NCBI GenBank assembly: GCA_963707505.1
Contig: CAVPQB010000004.1
Span: 896,001 to 960,000 of the forward strand
DNA: 64,000 nt
Source: an uncultured Gemmatimonadales bacterium
GTDB taxonomy: Bacteria > Gemmatimonadota > Gemmatimonadetes > Gemmatimonadales > Gemmatimonadaceae
Reading direction: 5' to 3'
Made by a program: the position numbers and the translations under genes. The notes beneath the pieces were generated by a model. It saw only the letters and a program-made list of their open reading frames with translations, was not told the origin of the DNA and ran no database searches. This document shows, one piece after another, positions 10,167 through 19,264 of this stretch (position 1 is its first letter; every line of letters starts with the position of its first letter).

Positions 10167-10367
10167 ATGTTCGATCCATACCCACGCCACAGCCATCGCA
10201 CGCCGCAACAGATCGCCGAGGATACCGGTGGCACGTTCGAGCCGACGCGTCCGCACCGGCGCGCCCACGAGCACGATGGTGACAACGATTCCATGCACGG
10301 CGCTGCAAATAACGTAGCCACCGCGGCCGAATCGAAAAGGACCCCGGACGTATCCCCGCCGCGTTAG
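10167..10367 (+). CDS. Small hydrophilic hypothetical protein (66 aa)
   Basis: AAAGGAG RBS just upstream of the ATG; fills the gap between the M61 and esterase genes. Confidence 0.5.
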   Translation: MFDPYPRHSHRTPQQIAEDTGGTFEPTRPHRRAHEHDGDNDSMHGAANNVATAAESKRTPDVSPPR

Positions 10368-10373
10368 CGGCAA

Positions 10374-11720
10374 CTACATGCCACTGGGATAGGTTTCCGG
10401 CTCGTCACCAGAGACGTGCACAGGCAGGTGCAGCGGATTCACCGCACGCGTCTCGTCAATGAAAAGCAGGGCATCGTATCTGCGCGGAACGATAGTCGGC
10501 ACATAGTTGCCGTATCGTTCCGCACGCGGATCGTATACCACACCAATCGCACGATTGTCCAACGGCGCATCGAGCCCTTCTATACCGCCGTCCTCGGAAC
10601 CATCGAAGACAAACAGTGCATCACCACCGTCGGTCGCGCGATGAGCGAGATCCTCGATACTTCCCATCCGCGCGTTCGGCACCTGCATCCGACGCATCGG
10701 TGCACCCCACTCCCGGCCCGCGATGACGGTTCCGTGATGCGTTGCGAAGCCAGCCAGCACAACCCCTTCCGACTCGTGACTCTGCCGCACGAGCTGTCCC
10801 ACGTTCACCATGCCCGCGCGCGCCATGTCCGTGAAACGGGCGTCGCCCACATGTGTATTGTGCTCCCATACGATCGCCTTTGCGCGGGCGCCGTGGTGCA
10901 GCATGAGCCGATCCAGCGTGTCCACCATGTGGTGATCACGCACGTTCCACGACGTTGGTCCACCGCGGACCATGGTCCTGTAATACAACTCCGCACCACG
11001 CGTTACAATCGCGTTCTGCTCTGCGTTGAAGTACGCCTCGCGCCCGTCGTCGCGGAACTCTGGGGCTTTGGATCGTAGCTCACGCAATACCCGAACGGTT
11101 TCGTCCTGACACGACATCGGGACTATTGCGGTCGCGCGTGCATACTCCTGCACATCCTGGTTGAACGGCTCGAAACAGTTGTACGCATTCCTTGCCGTGC
11201 GCGCGAATTCCGGATCGACTGCATCGAGATAATCCACGACGGCCGACATCGACTCCCAGAGCGAATACACATCGAGTCCATAAAATCCCGCCCTCTCCTC
11301 TTCCGGCAGGCGTCGGTTGTGATCGTGCATCCATTCTGCGAGTGCGACCACTTCGCGATTGGCCCACATCCACGTCGGCCATCGGTCGAACGCATGCAGG
11401 ACTTCCGCCGCACTCGCTCCGGAGTTCTGGTATCCCTTGACGAAGCGATTGACCCGATAGCAGTCCGGCCAGTCGCCCTCCACGCCTATGAACGAGAACT
11501 GCTTCTCGATGATGAGGCGCCTGGACAGCTCGGTTCTCCATGTGTAGAACTCGCTCGTCCCGTGCGATGCCTCGCCGAGGAGGACGTATCGCGCTTCTCC
11601 GATCGCCTCGATTAGGGGGTCGAGATCATCCGCATTGTTCAGCGGCAGCGATGCATCGCCAAGCGATCTGGCGAGCCCGCGCGCCGCAAAGTCGTATTTG
11701 TGAACACCCGATGAGATCAT
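10374..11720 (-). CDS. Erythromycin esterase family protein
   Basis: VLLGEASHGTSEFY, VEGDWPD, RWPTWMWAN, WNVRDHHM, VWEHNTHVGDAR and RAIGVVY. Confidence 0.92.
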   Translation of the reverse strand: MISSGVHKYDFAARGLARSLGDASLPLNNADDLDPLIEAIGEARYVLLGEASHGTSEFYTWRTELSRRLIIEKQFSFIGVEGDWPDCYRVNRFVKGYQNSGASAAEVLHAFDRWPTWMWANREVVALAEWMHDHNRRLPEEERAGFYGLDVYSLWESMSAVVDYLDAVDPEFARTARNAYNCFEPFNQDVQEYARATAIVPMSCQDETVRVLRELRSKAPEFRDDGREAYFNAEQNAIVTRGAELYYRTMVRGGPTSWNVRDHHMVDTLDRLMLHHGARAKAIVWEHNTHVGDARFTDMARAGMVNVGQLVRQSHESEGVVLAGFATHHGTVIAGREWGAPMRRMQVPNARMGSIEDLAHRATDGGDALFVFDGSEDGGIEGLDAPLDNRAIGVVYDPRAERYGNYVPTIVPRRYDALLFIDETRAVNPLHLPVHVSGDEPETYPSGM

Positions 11721-11881
11721 TAGAGGCTGGCAGGTAGCGTAGTACGGAGGGTGGAACCGTGGCGATGTGAGCCTGTATCCAACTCTGTCTCGCAGTACCT
11801 CGCTTTCTCGCATGAAGTGTGCAAGGACGGGGTAGGCGAGCGGTACGGTGGCGTTCGCTCATCCCTCGACTCAAGGCTCAA

Positions 11882-12238
11882 ATGGCAACTGCCGGTATAA
11901 TCGCCTTTGTGGTTCTTCTGATCGCGGTCCCGATATTCCTCGTGAACCGGGACCTCGTCGCCCGGCGAGTCCGGCACCGGCGCCATCGAAGCACCTCAGC
12001 GCCGCCATTTCTCTTCTTTTCGACCACAAATGAGAGCGACGTTCCGCCGCCAGCGCCGGCGTGGAATGGGCGGAGCGGCGGACTGCCATCGTCGGGGCGC
12101 CCTGCGGTTCAGCCGGAGCCTGGAATCGCCGATCTTCCGCCCAAGCCAACATCCGGCGCCGCCGGCGACGCCGGAGCCCCGGCGCCGCGAGACACCCGCA
12201 GCCGGCGCTCAGTTCCCGACCGCAGGACGGCCCCGTAA
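11882..12238 (+). CDS. Hypothetical single-pass membrane protein with a Pro-rich tail
   Basis: N-terminal hydrophobic helix followed by a basic, Pro-rich region; occupies an otherwise empty interval. Confidence 0.45.
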   Translation: MATAGIIAFVVLLIAVPIFLVNRDLVARRVRHRRHRSTSAPPFLFFSTTNESDVPPPAPAWNGRSGGLPSSGRPAVQPEPGIADLPPKPTSGAAGDAGAPAPRDTRSRRSVPDRRTAP

Positions 12239-12326
12239 CACGAGTGAAAAGGCCCGCGTGAGCCGTTCGCGGGCCGCTTGTGGATCAACAGTCGCTGTGT
12301 TGATCCGATGGCGCCGAATCTAACTG

Positions 12327-12755
12327 CTAATTGTTCGCTGGCGCTTTCACTATCGCTATCGTGCATCGCGCCACGCAGACCGTGCGATCCTCCTCGTCAG
12401 CGATCCTGATCGACCACACATGGGTCGTACGTCCAACATGAACCGGCTCCGCTGTCGCCCGAATCGACCCCTCTCGCTTGGAGCGAATGTGGTTCGCGTT
12501 GATCTCGAGGCCAACGGCAGCGAACTGAGTCGGGTCTATGTTCGCGAACGCACCGAGCGATGCAGTCGTCTCCGCGAGAGCGACCGACGCACCGCCGTGG
12601 AGCAGGCCAAACGGCTGTCGGGTCCGGTCATCCACGGGCATCGTCGCCACGACACGCGTCGGCGTCAGCTCCACTACCTCGATGCCAAGTGCATCCGGAA
12701 GTCCGCGGGTCCTGAGCGCGCGAAGCCAGTCCAGTCGGTCGATTTGTTCAGGCAT
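12327..12755 (-). CDS. PaaI/MenI-like hotdog-fold thioesterase
   Basis: MPVDDRTRQPFGLLHGGASVALAET, VGLEINANH and HVGRTTHVW. Confidence 0.9.
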   Translation of the reverse strand: MPEQIDRLDWLRALRTRGLPDALGIEVVELTPTRVVATMPVDDRTRQPFGLLHGGASVALAETTASLGAFANIDPTQFAAVGLEINANHIRSKREGSIRATAEPVHVGRTTHVWSIRIADEEDRTVCVARCTIAIVKAPANN

Positions 12756-12885
12756 CGTGAAAGCTACACTGACCGGCGTAGTACGTTGTTTTGGGACCGG
12801 AACTCGCATGATGTGGGGATGGGTCACTTCTGTGACCTTTCGGCCCTGACGGGGTAGAACTGGTGACGGTTCAGAAGGAAGGTAT

Positions 12886-13428
12886 ATGCAGCGAAGAATC
12901 TCGAAATTCGGCAGATACGCGGCTCCCGCCCTATGCGCGCTCGCGCTTGGGGCTTGTTTCCATCCGGCGCCACAGGAAGCCGTGGTGCCAGCGGGGAACT
13001 ATGGCGGCACGGTCGTCGCCTACCCGGTTGGCGGTTACGGATACGACCCGTATCCAGGCTATTACGGCTACGGGTACGCGCCGTATGGGTTTCCCTACGG
13101 TTACGGCTATCCGGGCTACGCGTACGTGCGACCCCGAGTCATCGTGACGCCTCCTGTGTATCGGCGCGGGCAGCCCAGTGGGACTGTCCGGGTGCCCGGA
13201 CAATACGGGCTACATCCGTGGAACGGCAACGCCAGACAGGGACAGCTGAGACCGCCGATGCGCGGGATGCCGATGAATCCACCGACCACGGGGCGCATCG
13301 CCCATCCAAGGCCCGTGGCGCCGCCGCCGCCGCGGCCAACGGTCATCCAGAAGCCAGGCGTGCCCGCGCAGCGCATCGCGGTCCCCAGGCCTGCACCGCG
13401 CCCGCAGCAGCCCGAGCAGAGACACTAG
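12886..13428 (+). CDS. Hypothetical lipoprotein, Gly/Tyr-rich then Pro/Arg-rich
   Basis: AGGAAGG RBS; lipobox LGAC; low-complexity YGYG repeats. Confidence 0.7.
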   Translation: MQRRISKFGRYAAPALCALALGACFHPAPQEAVVPAGNYGGTVVAYPVGGYGYDPYPGYYGYGYAPYGFPYGYGYPGYAYVRPRVIVTPPVYRRGQPSGTVRVPGQYGLHPWNGNARQGQLRPPMRGMPMNPPTTGRIAHPRPVAPPPPRPTVIQKPGVPAQRIAVPRPAPRPQQPEQRH

Positions 13429-13448
13429 CGGAACTTCGTGGAGGCTGA

Positions 13449-13505
13449 GGTGGAAAGCGACATCGTCAATCCGGCTCTAGCGGGATCACGATGTCGCTTT
13501 CCGCC
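13449..13505. terminator. Long hairpin between convergent genes
   Basis: 18-bp arms GGTGGAAAGCGACATCGT / ACGATGTCGCTTTCCGCC (one G-U pair) plus an inner stem. Confidence 0.6.
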
Positions 13506-13690
13506 CTTCGTCAGCGCTTGGAAGTGTGACCGCTCAGAAAGGTTGCGGTCCAGGCGGCGAACGCGACGATCAGTAGTACGGGGAGCATGATCACGTCGCG
13601 GAGCTGATTGTGCTGGTGCGGATGCATGATCTCTCGAAGGGGGTGTCACCCCAAGTATCGGGAGCTCGCCGCCGAATCATCACCACGGGC

Positions 13691-14374
13691 TCACCGTCCG
13701 AGCTTGAGAGCCGCCAGGCTTGCGTAGACACGGTCCGGATATGAGCTCATCTCGCCCGTTCCATTGTTGTAGGCCGCCAACGCGCGATCATTGTCACCGT
13801 GATGGTTCCGGAGAAACTCCCCGAAGATGTGTGCGCCGAAGCAGATGTTGACGCTGGGGTTGTGCAGCGACGTTGGCGTCATCTTGCCGCAACGCGACTC
13901 GTATTCTCTCCACGAGTCACGCTCGGGAAGCACCTGCATGAGACCGATAGCGCCAGCATGACTTTTCGCGCGCGGATTGAACTCGGATTCGGCGTACGCG
14001 ATAGCGACAAGCAATTTGGGATTGACTCGCGCCTGTTCACCATACGTCTGAAATTCGCGCGCCCATTCAAGTGCAGTCACTGAATCGACGTGCTTGCGTG
14101 TCAGCATGCGCGCAAGTGTGTCGCGACGCAACTCGAGGCGGCGTTGCAGCATCGTCGGTGCGAGCACGATCACTGGTGACATCGGAAGCGGCCTGACCGG
14201 CACGTGAGGAGCAACATTCGCGATCAGCACGCCACACGCAAGCAACATTACCGGATAGGTCAGCGGCTTTGCGTTGCGCAGCTTGCGCTTGATTGCGCTC
14301 GGCCGAGGGCCAGGGGTCCACGCGTCGGCAGAGTGAGGCAGAACCGACAACGGACCGCAGACGACCGGAATCAC
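13691..14374 (-). CDS. Lytic transglycosylase (SLT domain)
   Basis: AIAYAESEFNPRAKSHAGAIGLMQV, N...GA and ALAAYNNG; start uncertain. Confidence 0.88.
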   Translation of the reverse strand: MIPVVCGPLSVLPHSADAWTPGPRPSAIKRKLRNAKPLTYPVMLLACGVLIANVAPHVPVRPLPMSPVIVLAPTMLQRRLELRRDTLARMLTRKHVDSVTALEWAREFQTYGEQARVNPKLLVAIAYAESEFNPRAKSHAGAIGLMQVLPERDSWREYESRCGKMTPTSLHNPSVNICFGAHIFGEFLRNHHGDNDRALAAYNNGTGEMSSYPDRVYASLAALKLGR

Positions 14375-14829
14375 AACCAGCTGTTGAACAGAGCGCTTCG
14401 CACCACGAATGTGGTGCTGACAACTTCAACAATGTGTGTCAACATCTGTGCACCCCGGGTTCAAGATCCGTGGACTTGCGAAGGAGCTTCCGCACGCAAT
14501 CTAATGTGAGATTACATGCGTCGTTTGTGCATTTTCTACATACGCACAATCGATCTCTAACGCGGAATGCGTGCCACTACGAAACTGTCGAGAACATGCG
14601 AATTGTCATTCGTGCGCCGCTGGTATTTGCGACATAATTCCCTAAAAATGACCACTTCGGGCTGCTACTGGATTACATCGCGTTAGTGGCTCACGACGCA
14701 GATGTCGCACCGTTGCATCAGGAAATCTGTTCTGTAGCTCTCGATCGACACTTCATGCATCGTGCCAGAACCGCATCCACGCATGATTGGGCATGCCGGA
14801 ATGTGATGGTGCATTAGCACCTGGCGCCC

Positions 14830-15528
14830 CTAGTGATGCCGGCCGAGCGGCGTGTTGCGAAGCAGAAATCGCTTTATGTCCGGGGTGAATTCCTCCGAAA
14901 CATTGCCGGTAGCGTAGCTCAGCACTCCGGCAAGCGACAACATCAGAGCGTGATGCTGACTGTGCATGCGACGCGGCTCCCAGCTGTTCACCGTGAATCC
15001 CGTCACGACTGCGGCGACGGCGCGGGACCACGCGATTCTGTGACTTCCGTCGTCGGTGCGGACGAAGAGTGTGTTGTGCAACGCGTCTTCAGTACGCGCC
15101 GTGAAGCCGTTACGCGTGGATCGCTCGAAGCGCGGATCTTCGTGAAGCAGGGCGCCCACTCCGAACTCGACGGTGTGCCGAACGACGCCTCCGCCGTATG
15201 CGGCTGCATCGCGCCGCGCATAACCGCTGATGCCAGCACCCCATTCCCTGGGAGTGCCGCGCCACTGGGCGATCCCGGCGGCGTACGATGCGCCGAGTAC
15301 GGTACGAATGGAAAACGTTCTGTCAGAATAGAATTCTGCTTTCTGGGCGAACGTCATTGGGAGCAGCGGCGCAGCGCTGTCGGAGGCTGCGGTGTCTGCG
15401 CGAGTGAGCGCGCTCGTGCGTACGGAGCCGGAATCGGCGCTGGTCGAATGTTGCGCGCGGACCGGCGACGCCGGTAGCGTGAGAGCGATTCCAAACAATA
15501 GAAGGACGCGGAGTGCGCGCGGTAGCAT
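14830..15528 (-). CDS. Hypothetical exported/membrane protein
   Basis: Signal peptide; EWG.G..GY.RR, LHEDPRF and EEFTPD motifs look conserved. Confidence 0.7.
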   Translation of the reverse strand: MLPRALRVLLLFGIALTLPASPVRAQHSTSADSGSVRTSALTRADTAASDSAAPLLPMTFAQKAEFYSDRTFSIRTVLGASYAAGIAQWRGTPREWGAGISGYARRDAAAYGGGVVRHTVEFGVGALLHEDPRFERSTRNGFTARTEDALHNTLFVRTDDGSHRIAWSRAVAAVVTGFTVNSWEPRRMHSQHHALMLSLAGVLSYATGNVSEEFTPDIKRFLLRNTPLGRHH

Positions 15529-15565
15529 CCGTGAAAGGTAGCTCCGCGCGCGACACCGATCGGCG

Positions 15566-16378
15566 TTACTGCTTGGTTGGAGGTGCTGCAGGCAGTTGAG
15601 CCAGCCGTCGCTTCATCGACTGGAAGGCAGGGGAATCAGTCTGCAGCGAGGCGAGCTGCGAGGCCGGAACCTTGGCGAGCATTCGTTGAATGTCAGCTAT
15701 GCGGTCCTCGGTTCCAGGGTGGTCCGAGAACCATGCCGCTGACGATCCGGAGCTTCCCTGCGACTGCTCCTCGGCCAGCAGCTTCTTGAAGAAGCTCAGC
15801 ATGCCGGCCGGACTGATGCCCGCCCGCATTACGTTCTGAAATCCGCCGTCGTCCGCCTGCACTTCGTCCTCTCTGCTGAACTTGGCGAACACAGCGGTAC
15901 CGCCGATGTTTATCGCCGTCGCAGCTGCCTGATTGTTGCACACATTGGTGAGCGAGCACGCGATCGCGAGACCGACGTTCGCGCCCTGCTGCTGTTGCAT
16001 CTGCTTCACGGAATGACGCAATACGACGTGCTCGATTTCGTGGCCAAGCACGCCGGCGAGCTCGTCCATGGTGCTCGCGCGCTCGAGAACACCGCGATTC
16101 ACGTACACGAATCCGCCTGGAAGTGCAAATGCGTTCACAACGTCAGTGTTGACCACGGCAAAATGCCAGTCGAGATCGGCGCGGGATGTGCGTTTCGCGA
16201 TCTCATTGCCGAGGTCGTTGACGTACGCGTTAACCTGCGCATCCTGCAACATCGGAAGCTGCGTAGAAACCTGTTGAGCCTCCTGCTGCCCCATCTGGAC
16301 TTCCTGCTGTGTGGACACCGCGCACCCCGCGAGGAGCGCGGCGCCTGCGAGTGAAACAGCCAGTGAAGTGGTTCGCAT
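15566..16378 (-). CDS. M48-family zinc metalloprotease lipoprotein
   Basis: Lipobox LAGC; VNAFALPGG, LAGVLGHEIEH, FSREDEVQAD and SDHP. Confidence 0.93.
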   Translation of the reverse strand: MRTTSLAVSLAGAALLAGCAVSTQQEVQMGQQEAQQVSTQLPMLQDAQVNAYVNDLGNEIAKRTSRADLDWHFAVVNTDVVNAFALPGGFVYVNRGVLERASTMDELAGVLGHEIEHVVLRHSVKQMQQQQGANVGLAIACSLTNVCNNQAAATAINIGGTAVFAKFSREDEVQADDGGFQNVMRAGISPAGMLSFFKKLLAEEQSQGSSGSSAAWFSDHPGTEDRIADIQRMLAKVPASQLASLQTDSPAFQSMKRRLAQLPAAPPTKQ

Positions 16379-16542
16379 TTTGATCCCGGGGTGGTGCATC
16401 GTGTCCTCTCAAAGTGAGATGTTGCTCCGTGGTGACAGGAAAGGCACGAACCGGACCACCGAATCGGGAGCCCGTGACGTTGCCCGGCAGGGTTCTCGCA
16501 GATAAGTTGGCATCAGGCCGCGTCAAACCGGAGGGTTACCGA

Positions 16543-17205
16543 ATGCAGATGACCGCTGTGGATCTCGTCACCGTGTCGCGGGAGTATGGTGCTGGGGGGA
16601 GCGATTTCGCGCTCGCGCTGGGTGCTGCGTTGGACTGGGCGGTACTGGACGGGGATCTCTCCGAGCGCGTTGCCGCCAGACTGCATGTGCAATGTGGCGC
16701 GGTCCGGCAACGGGACGAGCAGACGCCGGGCCTGTTCGCCAGAATCGCCTCGACGCTGCTCATATCACCTCCCGAAGCCCCGATGCAAATCGAGACCAGC
16801 GACCTGCTTATGCCGGATTCCATCGCACAGGCGGCTCATGCAGAGATTGTGGAGGCCGCGGCTCATCCACCGGCAATAATTGTCGGGCATGGTGCGCAGA
16901 TGATCTTTCGCGAGCGACCCGGAACCGTGCATGTCCGGCTGGTCGGAACGCCCGAATCCTGTGTCGAGCGACTCGTCGCACGCGACGGAGGGACGCCCGA
17001 GGAAGCTGCGGCGAACGCGCGACGCATCAACGGCCAGCGACAGGCGTACGTCCAGCGCTATTATCATCAATACTGGGCCGACCCGTTGCTCTTCGACATT
17101 CAGTTCAACACTGCTCGTGTGACGATCGAGCAAGCAGTGACGTGCGTCAGGTCGATCATTGTCGCACGCGGGCAGGCGAGCCCCGTACACGCGTTGAGCA
17201 GTTGA
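16543..17205 (+). CDS. Cytidylate kinase-like family protein
   Basis: VTVSREYGAGG, IIVGHGAQ, HVRLVG and W.DP..FD...NT; GGAGG RBS. Confidence 0.85.
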   Translation: MQMTAVDLVTVSREYGAGGSDFALALGAALDWAVLDGDLSERVAARLHVQCGAVRQRDEQTPGLFARIASTLLISPPEAPMQIETSDLLMPDSIAQAAHAEIVEAAAHPPAIIVGHGAQMIFRERPGTVHVRLVGTPESCVERLVARDGGTPEEAAANARRINGQRQAYVQRYYHQYWADPLLFDIQFNTARVTIEQAVTCVRSIIVARGQASPVHALSS

Positions 17206-17226
17206 CACTTTCCAACCACTGGTGAC

Positions 17227-17628
17227 ATGAAATTCATCTCCACACCTGACGCGCCAATACCCGCCGGACACTACTCACAGGGAGTCGTGCACGGCGGTTT
17301 TGTATTCGTAGCGGGGCAGCTTCCAATCGATCCCCGGGATCCGTCGCGTGAGCTGGGCACGATAGAAGACCAGACCGCGCAGGCGCTCGCCAACGTTGCG
17401 GCGATTCTCAGCGCAGCTGGAACAGGGCTCGATCGCGTCGTGCAGATGACGGTGTATGTATCCAACGTATCGCTATGGGGAAAGGTGAACGCGGTTTACT
17501 CGCGCGTTATGGGAAATCATCGTCCCGCGCGGGCGGTCGTGCCAAGCGGAGAGCTGCGACACGGAATGCTGATCGAGATTCAGGCGATTGCTGCGATAGA
17601 GCCGACCGCTCCAGAGGCAGCCAGGTGA
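17227..17628 (+). CDS. RidA/YjgF enamine-imine deaminase
   Basis: AP.PAGHYSQG, VAGQLP, N.VY, RPARAVV and IEIQAIA. Confidence 0.92.
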   Translation: MKFISTPDAPIPAGHYSQGVVHGGFVFVAGQLPIDPRDPSRELGTIEDQTAQALANVAAILSAAGTGLDRVVQMTVYVSNVSLWGKVNAVYSRVMGNHRPARAVVPSGELRHGMLIEIQAIAAIEPTAPEAAR

Positions 17629-18599
17629 GCGACGCGGCGCTCATCTCTCGCGCAGATGTCGATGCCGCGGCAGTGAGACTTCAGGGACAGGCCGTTCACA
17701 CGCCGATGATTGCGGCACTCGATCTCGCCGAACGCCTTGGAGTTGCATGCGGGGTCAAGGCCGAATCGTTTCAGCGTACCGGCTCGTTCAAGTTCCGCGG
17801 CGCCTACAACTACATCGCGACGATGAATCCAGCTGATCGGTCGCGCGGCGTAATTGCGCCGTCGTCGGGCAATCATGGGCAGGCCGTCGCGTGTGTCGCG
17901 GCCATATTCGGAATTCCGGCGACGATCGTAATGCCGACGACTGTAACACCGATCAAGCGCGCCGGGGTGGAGCGATGGGGCGCGACGGCTGTGCTCGCCG
18001 GCACTACCACAGATGATCGCATGTCCGCCGCGGAAGATCTGTCCCGCAATACTGGGGCGATGATCGTTCCGCCATACGATAACATTCGGATCATCGCAGG
18101 GCAGGCGACCTGCGGCCTCGAGATACTCACCGATGAACCGGACGCGATGACGTTCGTCGTCCCGGTTGGCGGCGGCGGGTTGAGCGCTGGTATTGCGACG
18201 ATCGTCAAGCTGGTGCGACCAACCGCGCGAGTGATAGTCGTCGAGCCGGAAGGCGCGGCCAAGCTCTCCGCTGCATGGCGCGCCGGAACACCCATGCCCA
18301 TCGACCGTGCGCAGAGCGCGGCCGACGGATTGTTAGCGGTGAAGATCGGCGCGCTCAACTTCGCGCATCTGCATCGTTACGCCGACGAGATAATTACAGT
18401 GACCGAAGCCGAGATCGCGGAAGCCGCCGCCTATCTATTTCGCGAACTGAAGCTCGTCGCGGAGCCAAGCGGTGCGACTGCACTCGCGGCCCTGCTGGCA
18501 GAGAAGGTGAAGCCGAGCGGCGAGACGATCGCCGTACTGAGCGGCGGTAATATCGCGATGGATGCGCTGCGCGAGTTTACCGTTAATCAGTCTCGATAA
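17625..18599 (+). CDS. PLP-dependent threonine/serine dehydratase (no regulatory domain)
   Basis: KAESFQRTGSFKFRGA, SSGNHGQ, PVGGGGL, EPSGA and LSGGN; its GTG overlaps the ridA-like stop. Confidence 0.92.
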   Translation: MSDAALISRADVDAAAVRLQGQAVHTPMIAALDLAERLGVACGVKAESFQRTGSFKFRGAYNYIATMNPADRSRGVIAPSSGNHGQAVACVAAIFGIPATIVMPTTVTPIKRAGVERWGATAVLAGTTTDDRMSAAEDLSRNTGAMIVPPYDNIRIIAGQATCGLEILTDEPDAMTFVVPVGGGGLSAGIATIVKLVRPTARVIVVEPEGAAKLSAAWRAGTPMPIDRAQSAADGLLAVKIGALNFAHLHRYADEIITVTEAEIAEAAAYLFRELKLVAEPSGATALAALLAEKVKPSGETIAVLSGGNIAMDALREFTVNQSR

Positions 18600-18613
18600 G
18601 CCGTCGCCGCGTT

Positions 18614-19099
18614 CTACGCCGCGCTCACTCGTGGCCGCGGAGTTCCGTTGTCGGTCCATGCCACGAGTAATCTTCTAATCGTTCCGCGCGCGGTATCCTG
18701 CGTGACACCAGCGGCGCGCAACGCTGACGTGGTCGGATCATCGTGCACCGAAATGATCGCGAGTAGCAGGTGCTCCGTTCCGACACGGCGATGACCGAGC
18801 ATCGCGGCTTCCTCCTCGGCTCGACGAACGATCATGTCGAGCGAAGCCGGCCTGACCGGAAATCTGCGGAGCGGCAGATTCGCTTCGCGCTCACCAGCAA
18901 TCAGATCGGCGCGGTCCAGGACCTCGTCGATGGTCACTTCGAGCGCGGTGAGCACACCGCGCGCGAGAGACGGCCCGCAACCTTCTATCGCCCGCAAGAG
19001 CTCCGTACTCGCCAATGCCGACGGGTTCCGCCTCAATGCAATCCTGGTATTACCGAGCGTATCCTCAGCGCGGTCTGTAAAGCCACTCTTCCACGACAT
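18614..19099 (-). CDS. Stand-alone Clp N-terminal domain protein
   Basis: AEEEAAMLGHRRVGTEHLLLAI plus a degenerate first repeat; no AAA domain. Confidence 0.8.
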   Translation of the reverse strand: MSWKSGFTDRAEDTLGNTRIALRRNPSALASTELLRAIEGCGPSLARGVLTALEVTIDEVLDRADLIAGEREANLPLRRFPVRPASLDMIVRRAEEEAAMLGHRRVGTEHLLLAIISVHDDPTTSALRAAGVTQDTARGTIRRLLVAWTDNGTPRPRVSAA

Positions 19100-19214
19100 G
19101 ATGCGCCTCCATATTCTCGCCCGCTCCGCAATGGCGGGCTCGTATTACTTGTGTCACGCCCGGGCGCGAGACGGTTTGCCCCGGCTGGCGACTGATCGTG
19201 GATCGACGCCGAGG

Positions 19215-19244
19215 TTGACGCAGTAGGACGCCCAGGGGTATTCT
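19215..19244 (+). promoter_or_regulatory. Putative sigma70 promoter of the ABC operon
   Basis: TTGACG-N18-TATTCT, 20 nt upstream of ATG 19265. Confidence 0.45.
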
Positions 19245-19264
19245 CCCGCTCCACCAGAGCCGCC

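Noticed and set aside
10374..11720. Macrolide resistance gene
   Set aside because: It belongs to the broad erythromycin-esterase-like family; nothing shows it is EreA/EreB, and there is no mobile context.
14375..14829. Lower-GC 450-bp intergenic region as a possible sRNA or riboswitch
   Set aside because: I found no recognisable motif, convincing stem or terminator; it is probably the promoter region of the SLT gene.
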